Below, piece by piece: positions 27,837 through 38,248 of a stretch of 64,000 nt of DNA (positions within the stretch are counted from its first letter, which is position 1; each line of letters starts with the position of its first letter). The position numbers and the translations under genes were made by a program. The notes beneath the pieces were generated by a model. The model saw nothing but the letters and a program-made list of their open reading frames with translations. It did no database searches and was not told the origin of the DNA. The DNA is taken from NCBI GenBank assembly GCA_963665115.1, contig OY762007.1:6784001-6848000 (forward strand). Reading direction: 5' to 3'. Source of the stretch: an uncultured Rivularia sp. (lineage in GTDB: Bacteria; Cyanobacteriota; Cyanobacteriia; Cyanobacteriales; Nostocaceae).

Positions 27837-29825
27837 ATGATATTTCTCGAACTTGTTTTAGAAAACTTTGGTCCTTATTATGGTCGTCAAGTCATAAATT
27901 TGCAGCCAAATAATGATGATAATCCCCACCCGATTATTCTTGTCGGTGGAATGAATGGTGGAGGAAAAACAACTTTTATGGATGCGATTCGTCTGGCACT
28001 TTACGGACATCGCGCCCAATGTTCGACTCGCGGTAATTTGAGTTATCATGACTTTCTTAATCAATGCGTAAATACCCATAAATCACCTACAGAGAAAACT
28101 CGCATTGAGCTAGCTTTTGAACATATTGAAAACGATAAACCCGTTAGATATCGTGTAGTTAGAACTTGGGAAAATAATCCTAAAGATGGTAAAGATCATT
28201 TAGGAATTTTAGATATTCGTGAAAACGATGAATGGCTGGATGAGGGATTAGTAAATATTTGGGATGAATATATTGAAAATTTATTACCTTTAGGAATTTC
28301 CAACTTATTTTTATTTGATGGCGAACAGGTAAAAGAACTTGCCGAACAAGAAGAACCACCAACTATTGTAATCGAAGCAATTCGCGCTCTTTTAGGTTTA
28401 GAATTAGCAGAACGTTTGACAGCTGATTTGGAAATATTAGTAAATCGCAAACGTAAAGAACTTGTAGATACAAAAGAACTGGCAAACTTAGAAGAAATAG
28501 AAAAGCGACTCAAAGATTTACAGGAAGAATACGAAGAAACCAAAAATGTAGAAGCGCAGGAATTAGAATTTCTACAGCAAGCAGAAAAAAATCAACAGGA
28601 AGCCTTTGATAAATTTGTCAGCGAAGGCGGAAAAATAGCTTCAGAAAGCAGTCAGTTAGAACAGCAAAAAATAGCAAAAGCTAAAGAAGCAGAAAACACT
28701 CGTCAGGAAATGACTGAATTAGCGGCGGGCGTTTTACCGTTGAAATTAATCGAACCATTACTAAATCAAGCTCAAGAAAGAGGTGAAGTCGAATCCTTAG
28801 TTAAGCAACAGCAAATAGCGCGAGATATATTGCTCGAACGAGATAAACGCTTGCTTAACTTGATTAATAAAATAGATATAGCAGCAGATCAATTTTCTCA
28901 AATAAAAACCTTTTTAGACGAAGACATACAAACTATAAATACATCCTTAAAAGAATCACCTTGGTTATTAGCAGATGCAGAAAGTTTGAGTAAATTAGGC
29001 AATATTCTCTACTACTTGCAAACTACCAGCAATACCGCCAAACAGCAATTAAAACAATTAAAAAATAAAGACGAAGAAATAATTACTTTAGAAAGACAAA
29101 TACAAGCAGCAGCAGCACCAGAAGATTATCAAAAGTTAGTAGAATCAGTTAAAGAAGCCCAAAATAAAGTTACCGATATCAAAAGTAATTGCGAAACAGT
29201 AACTCGTCGCTTAATAGAACTACAAACAGAAATTGATAAATTAAAAAAAGATTTAACAGAATATAGCGTTCAAACCATCGAACATAAAAGCAAAGAAAAC
29301 ATCATTAATGCATCCACAAGAGTACAAGAAACCCTCAAACTATTTCGCGAACGACTTACCTTAAGAAAACTTAACAAATTAGAAAACGAAGTCACAGAAT
29401 GCTTCCGCTACCTGCTCCACAAATCCGATTTAGTACATCGCATCATCATCGACACCAACACCTTCAGCCTTTCCCTATACGACTCAAACTCAAAACAAGT
29501 TGACAAACATCGTTTATCAGCAGGAGAAAAACAACTATTGGCGATCGCCTTCCTTTGGGCATTAGCAAGAGTATCCGGGCATCAATTACCCGTTGCCATC
29601 GACACCCCACTAGGAAGATTAGACTCATCTCACCGCAGCAACTTAGTAGAAAGATACTTCCCCTCAGCCTCCCATCAAGTAATACTACTTTCCACCGACA
29701 CAGAAATCGCCGAAAAAGAAGTAAAAACCCTCCGCAAGAATGAGGCGATCGCCCGCGAATACGTCCTCAAATACTCTCAGAAAACTCGTCAAACTACAGT
29801 AGAATCTGGGTATTTTTGGAAATAG
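27837..29825 (+). CDS. dndD: DNA sulfur modification ATPase DndD
   Basis: ENFGPY, GGMNGGGKTT, LFLFDGE, coiled coil, LSAGEKQLLA, IDTPLGRLDSSHR, SHQVILLSTDTEI; between dndC and dndE. Confidence 0.95.
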   Translation: MIFLELVLENFGPYYGRQVINLQPNNDDNPHPIILVGGMNGGGKTTFMDAIRLALYGHRAQCSTRGNLSYHDFLNQCVNTHKSPTEKTRIELAFEHIENDKPVRYRVVRTWENNPKDGKDHLGILDIRENDEWLDEGLVNIWDEYIENLLPLGISNLFLFDGEQVKELAEQEEPPTIVIEAIRALLGLELAERLTADLEILVNRKRKELVDTKELANLEEIEKRLKDLQEEYEETKNVEAQELEFLQQAEKNQQEAFDKFVSEGGKIASESSQLEQQKIAKAKEAENTRQEMTELAAGVLPLKLIEPLLNQAQERGEVESLVKQQQIARDILLERDKRLLNLINKIDIAADQFSQIKTFLDEDIQTINTSLKESPWLLADAESLSKLGNILYYLQTTSNTAKQQLKQLKNKDEEIITLERQIQAAAAPEDYQKLVESVKEAQNKVTDIKSNCETVTRRLIELQTEIDKLKKDLTEYSVQTIEHKSKENIINASTRVQETLKLFRERLTLRKLNKLENEVTECFRYLLHKSDLVHRIIIDTNTFSLSLYDSNSKQVDKHRLSAGEKQLLAIAFLWALARVSGHQLPVAIDTPLGRLDSSHRSNLVERYFPSASHQVILLSTDTEIAEKEVKTLRKNEAIAREYVLKYSQKTRQTTVESGYFWK

Positions 29826-30011
29826 GGGATTGGGCATTGGAGAATAGTTAGGAGTAGCAAGTCGCAAGTAGTGAGTAGCAAGTAGCAAGTAGCAAGTAGC
29901 AAGTAGTGAGTAGCGGGTTATGAACTAATTTCTCTTTGTCTCCCCATCCCCCATGCCCAATGCCCAATCCCCAATGCCCAATCCCCCATGCCCAATCCCC
30001 AACTTTAAATC

Positions 30012-30398
30012 ATGGAATCACCAATCGAACGCATCCGCTTATCCCAGACAGGCAAAGATCAACTGTTAAAACTCAGGCGCTTTACCAAAATCGATCAGTG
30101 GAATATCCTGTGTCGCTGGGGGTTTTGTCGTTCCCTCGCAGAAAAAAGTATTCCTTCTCCCGTACCGATACCCCAAGATAGTAACGTCGAATTAAACTGG
30201 CGAATATTTGGCGGTGAAATGTCCGATATGCTGCTTTTAGCCCTCAAACAACGCTGTTATAACGATGGTTTGGGAACCGATAAAGAAACCCTCGTAACCC
30301 AATTTCGGCTACATCTACATCGCGGCATCGGCTATTTAGCAGGAGATCCAAATATTAAGAAAATTGAAGATTTGATTGAATTAGCCACTGAGAATTAG
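30012..30398 (+). CDS. dndE: DNA sulfur modification protein DndE
   Basis: RIRLSQTGKDQLLKLRRFTKIDQWNILCRWGFCRSL...FRLHLHRGIGYL. Confidence 0.93.
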   Translation: MESPIERIRLSQTGKDQLLKLRRFTKIDQWNILCRWGFCRSLAEKSIPSPVPIPQDSNVELNWRIFGGEMSDMLLLALKQRCYNDGLGTDKETLVTQFRLHLHRGIGYLAGDPNIKKIEDLIELATEN

Positions 30399-30413
30399 GT
30401 AGGAGATGGGGAA

Positions 30414-30646
30414 ATTATTAAAGTAGTGAGTAGTGAGTAGTGAGTAGTAAGTAGTAAGTAGCGAGTAAAAATAGACGGGCAGAAGTACCGACATTTATGA
30501 CAATAATAAAAAAGTGATTTACTCTCTACTCCCTACTTCCTACTTCCTACTTCCTACTCCCTACTTCCTACTCCCTACTTCCTACTCCCTACTCCCTACT
30601 CATAACTCCTAACTATTTCCAATCCCCAATGCCCAATCCCCTACTC
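30414..30646 (+). repeat. Composite dispersed element: heptamer arms plus conserved 60-bp core (copy 1)
   Basis: Core GTAAAAATAGACGGGCAGAAGTACCGACATTTATGACAATAATAAAAAAGTGATTTACTC at 30465-30524. Confidence 0.9.
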
Positions 30647-30680
30647 ACCCTTCACTCTTCTATGAGATAATAATTGCCAA

Positions 30681-32165
30681 TTGCCAATTGGATTTGTAGA
30701 GATGCCCGAAGTTTTAGCAATTGAACGCCACAGAGCAGCAATTTACCGCACAGACTTATCTCGTCCGACGAAATTGGCATTGGAATTTGAAATTATTAAT
30801 AAGAAGACTACGTTTTTTGATTATGGATGCGGACATGGCGGTGATGTCAAAAGATTGGCAGAGATCAATGTAAAAAGTGCGGGTTGGGACCCTTATTACA
30901 ATCCCGATGCCCGTTTGAAGTCTGCCGATGTAGTCAATCTCGGTTATATTCTTAACGTTATTGAAGATACCGAAGAACGGCTTGAGAGCCTTCAAAATGC
31001 GTGGAAACTCGCGAAGAAAGTATTAATAGTAGCCGCTCAAGTATTAGTAAGTACCATTAGTAGCAAAAATCAATTAGCTTATGGCGATGGTGTATTAACT
31101 CGTCGCAATACTTTTCAGAAATACTACGAACAGGGAGAACTTAAAAAATATATTGATAGCACTTTAGAAGTTGATGCCGTACCTGTAGCGTTAGGCATAT
31201 ACTTTGTGTTTCGCGACGAACAAGAAAAAGAAAATTTTCGCGTCGAGTGCTATCGTTCCCGAGTAATTGCGCCGAGAATTATTCTTGCGACTAAAAAATA
31301 TGAAGACTGCAAACAGGAATTAGCTCCATTAATTGAATTCTATACAAAACGCGGCAGATTACCAGTTGAAGGAGAATTAGAACCAGAAGCTTTATCAAAA
31401 ATACTGGTTGAATTTACCAGCATTCGCCGCGCCTTCAAAGTAATATTGCAAGCAACAGACGAAGCCGAATGGGATGCGATCGCCTACCGTCGTTCATTAG
31501 ACATCCAAGTTTATCTTGCCTTGGTGCATTTTGAAGAAGAACGTCCCAGATTCTCAGAGCTACCCAAGGAAATCCAATACGACATCAAAGCCTTATTCGG
31601 TTCATATCGGGATGCTTGCGAAGTAGCTGACGAAAAGTTATTTAGTTTAGGCGAACCTAAAATAATTCAAAAAGCCTGCTACAAAGGTAAAGTTGGTAAG
31701 CTTACACCAAGCGCTCTTTACGTCCACATGAAAGCTTTGTGGGAACTAGAACCATTGCTACGAATCTACGAAGGCTGCGCCAGTCGTGTATTTGGACGGC
31801 CAGAAGAAACAACACTGATCAAACTTCACATCAAAGAACCAAAAATATCTTACCTGTATTACCCCGATTTCGATACCGATGCTCATCCAGCCTTAAAAGC
31901 AAGCATAGTAATCGACTTACAAACATTCAAAATCACTCGCGGCGACTACTCCACCAGAGAAAATCCGCCTATACTGCACCGAAAAGAAACATTTGTAACA
32001 CCCAAATATCCACTCTACAAACAATTTGCCCAACTCACCCAACTTGAAGAAGAAGCAGGATTATATGAAAATCCCCGCGAAATCGGAACCCTTAAAGGCT
32101 GGCAAAAATGTTTAGAAGAACATGATGTAGAAATTAAAGAACATCAAGTTAGAAAAAGGGAATAG
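30681..32165 (+). CDS. DNA phosphorothioation-associated putative SAM-dependent methyltransferase
   Basis: ERHRAAI, FFDYGCGHG (motif I), GWDPYY, VVNLGYILNVIE, TFQKYY, YPDFDTDAHPAL, NPPILHRKETFV; follows dndE; start TTG 30681 or ATG 30702. Confidence 0.88.
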   Translation: MPIGFVEMPEVLAIERHRAAIYRTDLSRPTKLALEFEIINKKTTFFDYGCGHGGDVKRLAEINVKSAGWDPYYNPDARLKSADVVNLGYILNVIEDTEERLESLQNAWKLAKKVLIVAAQVLVSTISSKNQLAYGDGVLTRRNTFQKYYEQGELKKYIDSTLEVDAVPVALGIYFVFRDEQEKENFRVECYRSRVIAPRIILATKKYEDCKQELAPLIEFYTKRGRLPVEGELEPEALSKILVEFTSIRRAFKVILQATDEAEWDAIAYRRSLDIQVYLALVHFEEERPRFSELPKEIQYDIKALFGSYRDACEVADEKLFSLGEPKIIQKACYKGKVGKLTPSALYVHMKALWELEPLLRIYEGCASRVFGRPEETTLIKLHIKEPKISYLYYPDFDTDAHPALKASIVIDLQTFKITRGDYSTRENPPILHRKETFVTPKYPLYKQFAQLTQLEEEAGLYENPREIGTLKGWQKCLEEHDVEIKEHQVRKRE

Positions 32166-32546
32166 GGGATTGGGCATTGGAAATAGTTAGGAGTAGGAAG
32201 TAGGGAGTAGGGAGTTATGAGTAGGAAGTAGGGAGTAGGGAGTAGGGAGTAGGAAGTAGGGAGTAGAGAGTAGGAAGTAGGAAGTAGGGAGTAGGAAGTA
32301 GGGAGTAGGGAGTAGGAAGTAGGGAGTAGGAAGTAGGGAGTAGGAAGTAGGGAGTAGGAAGTAGGAAGTAGGGAGTAGGGAGTAGGGAGTAGGGAGTAGG
32401 AAGTAGGGAGTAGAGAGTAAATCACTTTTTTATTATTGTCATAAATGTCGGTACTTCTGCTCGTCTATTTTTACTCGCTACTTGTTACTCATTACTCATT
32501 ACTCACTACTCACTACTCACTACTCACTACTCACTACTTTAATAAT
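32161..32546 (-). repeat. Composite dispersed element, copy 2 (inverted)
   Basis: Core at 32415-32474 is the reverse complement of copy 1 with one mismatch; longer heptamer arm. Confidence 0.9.
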
Positions 32547-33093
32547 GTCCCCTTGTTTCCCCCTCTCCCCCTCTCCCCCTCTCTCCATCCCCCATTCGGC
32601 GTATTGGCACAACAATAAAATACAACTGTGTCAAGATATCGTTCATGTTTTAATTAACTAAAATTTTTTCATGCCAGGGTGTAAGCATCGAGTAATAGAT
32701 AAATGTGTTTTGTAATACTTTACAAATCTATCGATGCTTTGGTAACAAATATGTCTATGCTCTTAATGCTATAAATCGCGGTTACTAGAACCGAGTTTGC
32801 AGCAAAGAGTTGTTATAAGGTTACTTGCTACCATTACAGGGACTCTGGCTGAAGAATAATCTTTGAGTAAATTCGGTATCAATTGTTAACCTTAACACTT
32901 GATGCTTGATACGCAGCGAGTAAAATAAATGACTTTTTTTATAGGAAAGCCTTCCTATTCAAAATAATTGCGATTAGCGGTTTACGATTAAAAACGCTGC
33001 ATATGCTCAACTAAATTTAAATTGCCAGTGTTTGCCCCTTGGAACCAATAATTCTTATTCGCGGAAACCAAGATAAAAAAAGGAAATAGATTT

Positions 33094-33498
33094 ATGGGGC
33101 AAGAATTCGTTGGTATTGTATCGATTGTGATTCTAATGGCGATAGGGGTTATACTCGGCTATGTTCTTTCTCAATTAATTTTGGGATATTTGACGCTGAA
33201 TTTGATAACTTTTCTGGGAACCCTTAGCTTAATAATTATTTTCGGCACTTTATATTTTGTTCTATTTTGGGAGTTTAAAAAGCGTCAGTCGCACTCGTTT
33301 TCTCCACAACCATCATATCCAACACCAGAACCCACAGCCGATGCACACCTGCAAAATCAACTCTTTGCTTTAGTTGGTGGTGATAAGGGCACTGCAAACC
33401 GCTTAGTCGAACAACTAAAGCGAAATCATCCCGAGATGTCAGAAAATTGGTATTGGCAAAGGGCGATCGCCGACTTGGAAAGGGACAGGGGGCGCTAA
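33094..33498 (+). CDS. Hypothetical membrane protein
   Basis: Two N-terminal TM segments; C-terminal LVGGDKGTANRLV...WYWQRAIADLERDR domain. Confidence 0.7.
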   Translation: MGQEFVGIVSIVILMAIGVILGYVLSQLILGYLTLNLITFLGTLSLIIIFGTLYFVLFWEFKKRQSHSFSPQPSYPTPEPTADAHLQNQLFALVGGDKGTANRLVEQLKRNHPEMSENWYWQRAIADLERDRGR

Positions 33499-33542
33499 AA
33501 TAGTTTAACTAAACTAAAAACTAATTACTAAATTTTCTACAC

Positions 33543-33761
33543 ATGGCAATATTACGTCAATACATTGCTCCCTTAATCGCAGTACTAATTTTCGGCTTAG
33601 CGTTAGTAGCAGTTAGCGCCCGGATCTTTTTACCCTCGGATATGGCAGCCCCCGCACCCATCGAAGAAGATGGAGGTGTCGGAATGTGGGAAAATGGTAC
33701 AGCACAATTTGTATCTTTAACTTCTCCGAGCTTGCAAAATAACAGTAATAAAGAAGTATAA
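33543..33761 (+). CDS. Small membrane-anchored hypothetical protein
   Basis: LRQYIAP + TM helix + ARIFLPSDMAAPAP. Confidence 0.7.
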   Translation: MAILRQYIAPLIAVLIFGLALVAVSARIFLPSDMAAPAPIEEDGGVGMWENGTAQFVSLTSPSLQNNSNKEV

Positions 33762-33784
33762 ATAAGCGAGCGAATACATCATTA

Positions 33785-34276
33785 GTGGCAGAAAAACTAC
33801 TACAGGATTACACAGTTCGTTCCGGCTCAACCTTGGATAGAGCGCTGCTGGTAAAATTCATGCAGCGCACTTACCAAGATATGTTTCCGCAACAAGATTT
33901 TTCACATTTATCGCAAACAGTCGAGCAATATCTTTCTACAAACACCCCCTTATGGTGGATAGAATATTCAGCAGAGAAAAAAGAACAAGTAGATATATTC
34001 CCCACCACTCCAATTGCTTGCTTGTGGATGGGAAACGCCATCGATCAAATTAGCGGATTGCGTCACGCACACATATTTCTTCTCTACGTAACTCCAGAAC
34101 ATCGGCGCAAAGGTATAGGAACAGCCTTAATGCAGTACGCCGAAAACTGGGCTAAACAAAGAGGCGACAACCAAATAGCACTCCAAGTTTTTCAAACAAA
34201 TACCCCCGCCCTAAATCTCTACAACCAGCTTGGCTATCAAACCCAATCCCTGTGGATGATTAAACCTTTACAGTGA
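33785..34276 (+). CDS. GNAT family N-acetyltransferase
   Basis: LYVTPEHRRKGIGTALM, NTPALNLYNQLGY. Confidence 0.92.
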   Translation: MAEKLLQDYTVRSGSTLDRALLVKFMQRTYQDMFPQQDFSHLSQTVEQYLSTNTPLWWIEYSAEKKEQVDIFPTTPIACLWMGNAIDQISGLRHAHIFLLYVTPEHRRKGIGTALMQYAENWAKQRGDNQIALQVFQTNTPALNLYNQLGYQTQSLWMIKPLQ

Positions 34277-34420
34277 ACAATTATCAATTATCAATTATCA
34301 ATTGGGCACTGAAAAATAACTCCTAACTATATTTTCTCCTTGTCCCCTTGTCTCCCCATCTCCCCCTCTCCCCATCCCCTCCTCTTCCCAAAAATACTAG
34401 GTAATGGTAATTTTAAAATT

Positions 34421-35179
34421 ATGTATGATGCAGATGACCATTACCTACTTGATGTCGAAGCGGAACTAGAAAGCCCTCTAGATAAGATGGAGCCGCTAAG
34501 TGCGGAGTCGGAAGCGGCAAAACCGAATCCGGAGGAGATGTTAGCGCTGCTTGAAAATCCCCAGCCCCAGCAGAGAATGCTGGCGGCACGTGCTTTTTGT
34601 GATATTGAAGATGCTCGCGCTACTCCTCATTTAATTCGCTTATTAACAGATGTTTGTCCTTTGGTGCGGGTAAGTGCAGCATATGGCATTGGCCGCAACC
34701 CCAGTCCTGATGCAGTTGAAGCGTTGATTGACCAATATAATCAAGATTGGAATGGTCACGTGCGAAAAGGTGTTGTTTGGGCGTTGGGGAATTGTCGAGA
34801 TGCGCGTTGTTTAGCGCCTTTAGCCGATGCTTTAAGAACCGATATTTCTGCCGTGCGATTGTGGGCTGCTAGTTCTTTAGCACAAATGGCAGAAGTGGGT
34901 TATGAAGCTGTTGTCGGTGCAATGCCACCTTTGATTGAAGGCTTAGTAAAAGACTCTGTGCCAGCAGTGCGAAGTAATTGCGCTTGGACGATTGGACAAT
35001 TATGCCGCGAATTACCTTCTAATATTGTTTACGCTACTGCTATTGATGCTTTGATTGAAGCTTTTGCTGAAGACGGAGATTTGGGAGTGCGTGAGGATAC
35101 TAAAGCCGCATTATTAGGAGTGGGCGATCCTCGCGGACTTCAATTAATCGAAACTCTCGAACAAGAAGGCTGGTTTTAA
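34421..35179 (+). CDS. HEAT/PBS-lyase repeat protein
   Basis: Repeated VRxxAAxxLG units; ATG at 34421 (upstream extension is STRR). Confidence 0.88.
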   Translation: MYDADDHYLLDVEAELESPLDKMEPLSAESEAAKPNPEEMLALLENPQPQQRMLAARAFCDIEDARATPHLIRLLTDVCPLVRVSAAYGIGRNPSPDAVEALIDQYNQDWNGHVRKGVVWALGNCRDARCLAPLADALRTDISAVRLWAASSLAQMAEVGYEAVVGAMPPLIEGLVKDSVPAVRSNCAWTIGQLCRELPSNIVYATAIDALIEAFAEDGDLGVREDTKAALLGVGDPRGLQLIETLEQEGWF

Positions 35180-35988
35180 TGCAGCCAAGAGCGAACAGTT
35201 ATAACCTGCAATTAACTTGAATAAGATCAAAAACCGCAGCAAGTATGTAGAAATGTGAAGCTTGATGCCCGTTTGATCTGAGGTTTTAGGGTATTTAAAT
35301 AATTTGAGACGGTAGTAAAGCACTTTCAGTAGCCAAGAATTAGGGCTCATACTGGAGAATATACGTATAACTGTGGGTGAAAGCGGTTGCCTTGAATCTA
35401 TTTATTGAAAGCTACAGCCACAAAAAGTCTTTCTTGGGATTTAGATATAGGTAATTATCGCTTAGTTTTCTATAGAGGGGAAGCTCTAAGCACTGCATAA
35501 GACTTAAATTTTGTTTTGAGAATAAGGAAAAATCGTTGAGCAGCAACGAAGAATGCAGTTAATCGGAAACAAGCTGCTCTCATCACTTGCTAGAGAATAC
35601 TAGGTTTTGCGGCTTATACCTATTGTCTTTTCATCACCTAGTTTTTAGAAGTTAAACCCATAAAACTACGAGAATTTCTTTCAATATTTGATTCTTCATA
35701 AAGTTTTGTCCTAAACATCTATAAGTTTTTACAAATCATAAGAATAACTCACTTTTAGACAGCTATTCGTATTACATCTACTAGGCAATCAGATGTATTT
35801 TAAAGTCCGATCATTTTAAGTAGTTTACCTGTTTTTGTTCGCAAGATTAAGTTGCGATAAATACTGTGGGTAAGGGATGACATATTCACTTACGCCGAAA
35901 TACTATACAAATATGGATACGAGGAAATACACAAACCAACTATCCAACACACAATTAAAAAAAACAGTATTTTCTAGAGAGATTAACA

Positions 35989-36700
35989 ATGAAAAATTTG
36001 AAAAAGTTAGTAAAAACCCTCGCAATTTCTACTTTAGGTTTAGGTATTGCTACAGCATCGATCTCCGAAGCACAAGCAGCTTCATTAGTTCCTCAAAGAG
36101 AAGGTGAAATCAAAACAAACCTTGGTTGTCTATTCGGTGTTCCATGTATTGATACAGAAGCAGAACTTGGTTACACAGTTACAAGTTTCGGATTTCAAGA
36201 CTTCGATCCAAGCCGCTTGTTTTCTGATGACAGAGGTACTGTAAATAATTACGCAATGGGGATTACATTCATAGCTGACGACGAAGGAACAACACCAGAT
36301 GCAGAGCAATATTTTTTACGTCCGGTAGCTTTTAAAGATGGTATAGTTTTTGAAGAAGGACGTTTGGAAGCTGGTTTGTTTGAGTTCTATTTTGGCAAAA
36401 CTATTAGTGAGATAAAACTAGACTTCTTCGATGTTGAGTATGCTAATTCCACCAAGATATTTGTCGGTGGACAACTAGTCGAAACTGTTGCAAACGGACC
36501 CTGACAGCAATATCCAAAGTGTAGTATTAAAAGATTTGAGTAAGTTTACAGTCCAGCTTGGTGAAGCCGGAGGTAAATTCGGTACTGGTGACGGTGTTTC
36601 ACTGCAAGTTAGCGTACCTGAATCTGAAAACGTTATCGGCTTGAGCGCTTTAGCAGTTGCTGGTGTACTTACCCTCAAACGTCGCAAAAGTGCTTCATAA
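35989..36700 (+). CDS. LEVG-type PEP-CTERM surface protein (apparent +1 frameshift at 36499-36501)
   Basis: Signal peptide, LVPQREGEI, GRLEAG, then GDGV and VPESENVIGLSALAVAGVLTLKRRK in the +1 frame. Confidence 0.8.
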
Positions 36701-36854
36701 AAAGCTTGAATCCGAAAGCTAATTTCTCCTTACTTACTTAGTTAAAGGGTTGCATCTCACCACTTAAATATTTGAAATTTTATTTATTGCAATTTCTACC
36801 AGGATTTACGCATCTACACCAATAAAAATATTCCCTTCTCTTTAAACTTCTACC

Positions 36855-36910
36855 GAGTAGATAGATAATCTAACCTTTAGTGGTTAAGTTATCTAACTAC
36901 TCATTTTTTT
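36855..36910 (+). terminator. Intrinsic terminator-like hairpin with T run
   Basis: gagtagatagataa...ttatctaactactc followed by a T tract. Confidence 0.6.
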
Positions 36911-37256
36911 GGCTTTTTTTACTTTTCAAATACTTAGCAATATTACTGAATTGTTCAGCGTTATCACTGAAAAAATCTTTATTAGTTTGAAGTTGGATGT
37001 TGAAAATATGAAAAAAACAGTATTTCTTCGGTGTAAATAGCAAATAGAAGCCAGTCTTAAATAATTCATTTGACAACTATCAACGCAATTTCTCGGAAGA
37101 ATATTCGATTTTTCTCTCAAAATAAAGTTTGGATTAATTCTGTTGCTTAGGGCTTACGTTTTTGCAAGTTTGTCTATTAGCTTAGTAAGTAATCGAGGCG
37201 AACAAAACAAATTAGTTACCGCCTCATTTAAACAAAGAGAAGAAGGGAAATTAATA

Positions 37257-37997
37257 ATGCGTAAGTTTAACGTTATTGCTGCTGTTTTAGGTTTAGGTTT
37301 AGGTTTCGCTGCTGCTGCTCCTGCTGCAAATGCTGCTAACTTGATACCTCAACAAGAAGGTGAAATTGAATTGACAAACCTTCAAAGTCTTGACCCCAAT
37401 CAGTCTATTAATACTAATCCTTTCGGTTTTAGCGTTACAAGTTTACAGTTTGACAATGATAATTCTCAGAATATAAATTACGGACTTAGTAGATTATTTG
37501 TTGATTCCAAAGGAACTGCAAACGATTACGGTGCAGTTAAATTCGGGACAAGAGATGGTGGAACAACCGAAGGTGATGGAGAATATTGGCTTCGTGCTGC
37601 TGCTATTCAAGACAATGGCGTAGCTTCTGAAGGTGGAGAATTAGAAGTAGGTCGTTTCTTATTTGAATTTCAAAGAGAATTAGAAGAAATTACAATTGAT
37701 TTCTTTGATGTAGAATCATTAGGCAGCGGAGTTCTTGAAGTGAACGGGCAGAGTGTTACAGATCAGATGCTAGCAATCGGAGCTGACGGTAATACCCAGT
37801 CATTAACGTTAAATAATGTAAGTTCTTTAGTGCTACAACTTGGTAATACTAACGGTGTAGGACAAGGTGACGGTGTAACCATTTCAGGAGTACAAGCAGT
37901 TCAATCCGTACCCGAACCCACAACAACTTTCAGCCTTGGTGCTTTAGCTGTAGCTGGTATGTTCGGTGTCAAGAAGCGCAAAAATCTCAAAAAGTAG
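37257..37997 (+). CDS. LEVG-type PEP-CTERM surface protein
   Basis: Signal peptide, LIPQQEGEI, GELEVGRF, VPEPTT + TM helix + KKRK. Confidence 0.88.
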   Translation: MRKFNVIAAVLGLGLGFAAAAPAANAANLIPQQEGEIELTNLQSLDPNQSINTNPFGFSVTSLQFDNDNSQNINYGLSRLFVDSKGTANDYGAVKFGTRDGGTTEGDGEYWLRAAAIQDNGVASEGGELEVGRFLFEFQRELEEITIDFFDVESLGSGVLEVNGQSVTDQMLAIGADGNTQSLTLNNVSSLVLQLGNTNGVGQGDGVTISGVQAVQSVPEPTTTFSLGALAVAGMFGVKKRKNLKK

Positions 37998-38186
37998 ATT
38001 ATTTAAACACAAGAACACTACAAAACCTTTTTTTGAAAGCTTCTTTTTAATCAGCTATTAACAATACTTGGAATATACCCGTTGCAAAAGCGCGGGTGCA
38101 TCCAATTTCAAACAAACAATTTTTTTTAATAGGAGGCTTTAGTCTCATGCTTTTTGTATAGAATTTTTAATTTGATGTGACATTTT

Positions 38187-38222
38187 ATTGGAGTATAGAA
38201 TCAATTTCTATGCTCCAATTTT
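38187..38222. terminator. Hairpin between convergent genes
   Basis: attggagtatagaa...ttctatgctccaat followed by T tract. Confidence 0.6.
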
Positions 38223-38248
38223 ATTGTTAGGGAGCTTTAATACAACAT

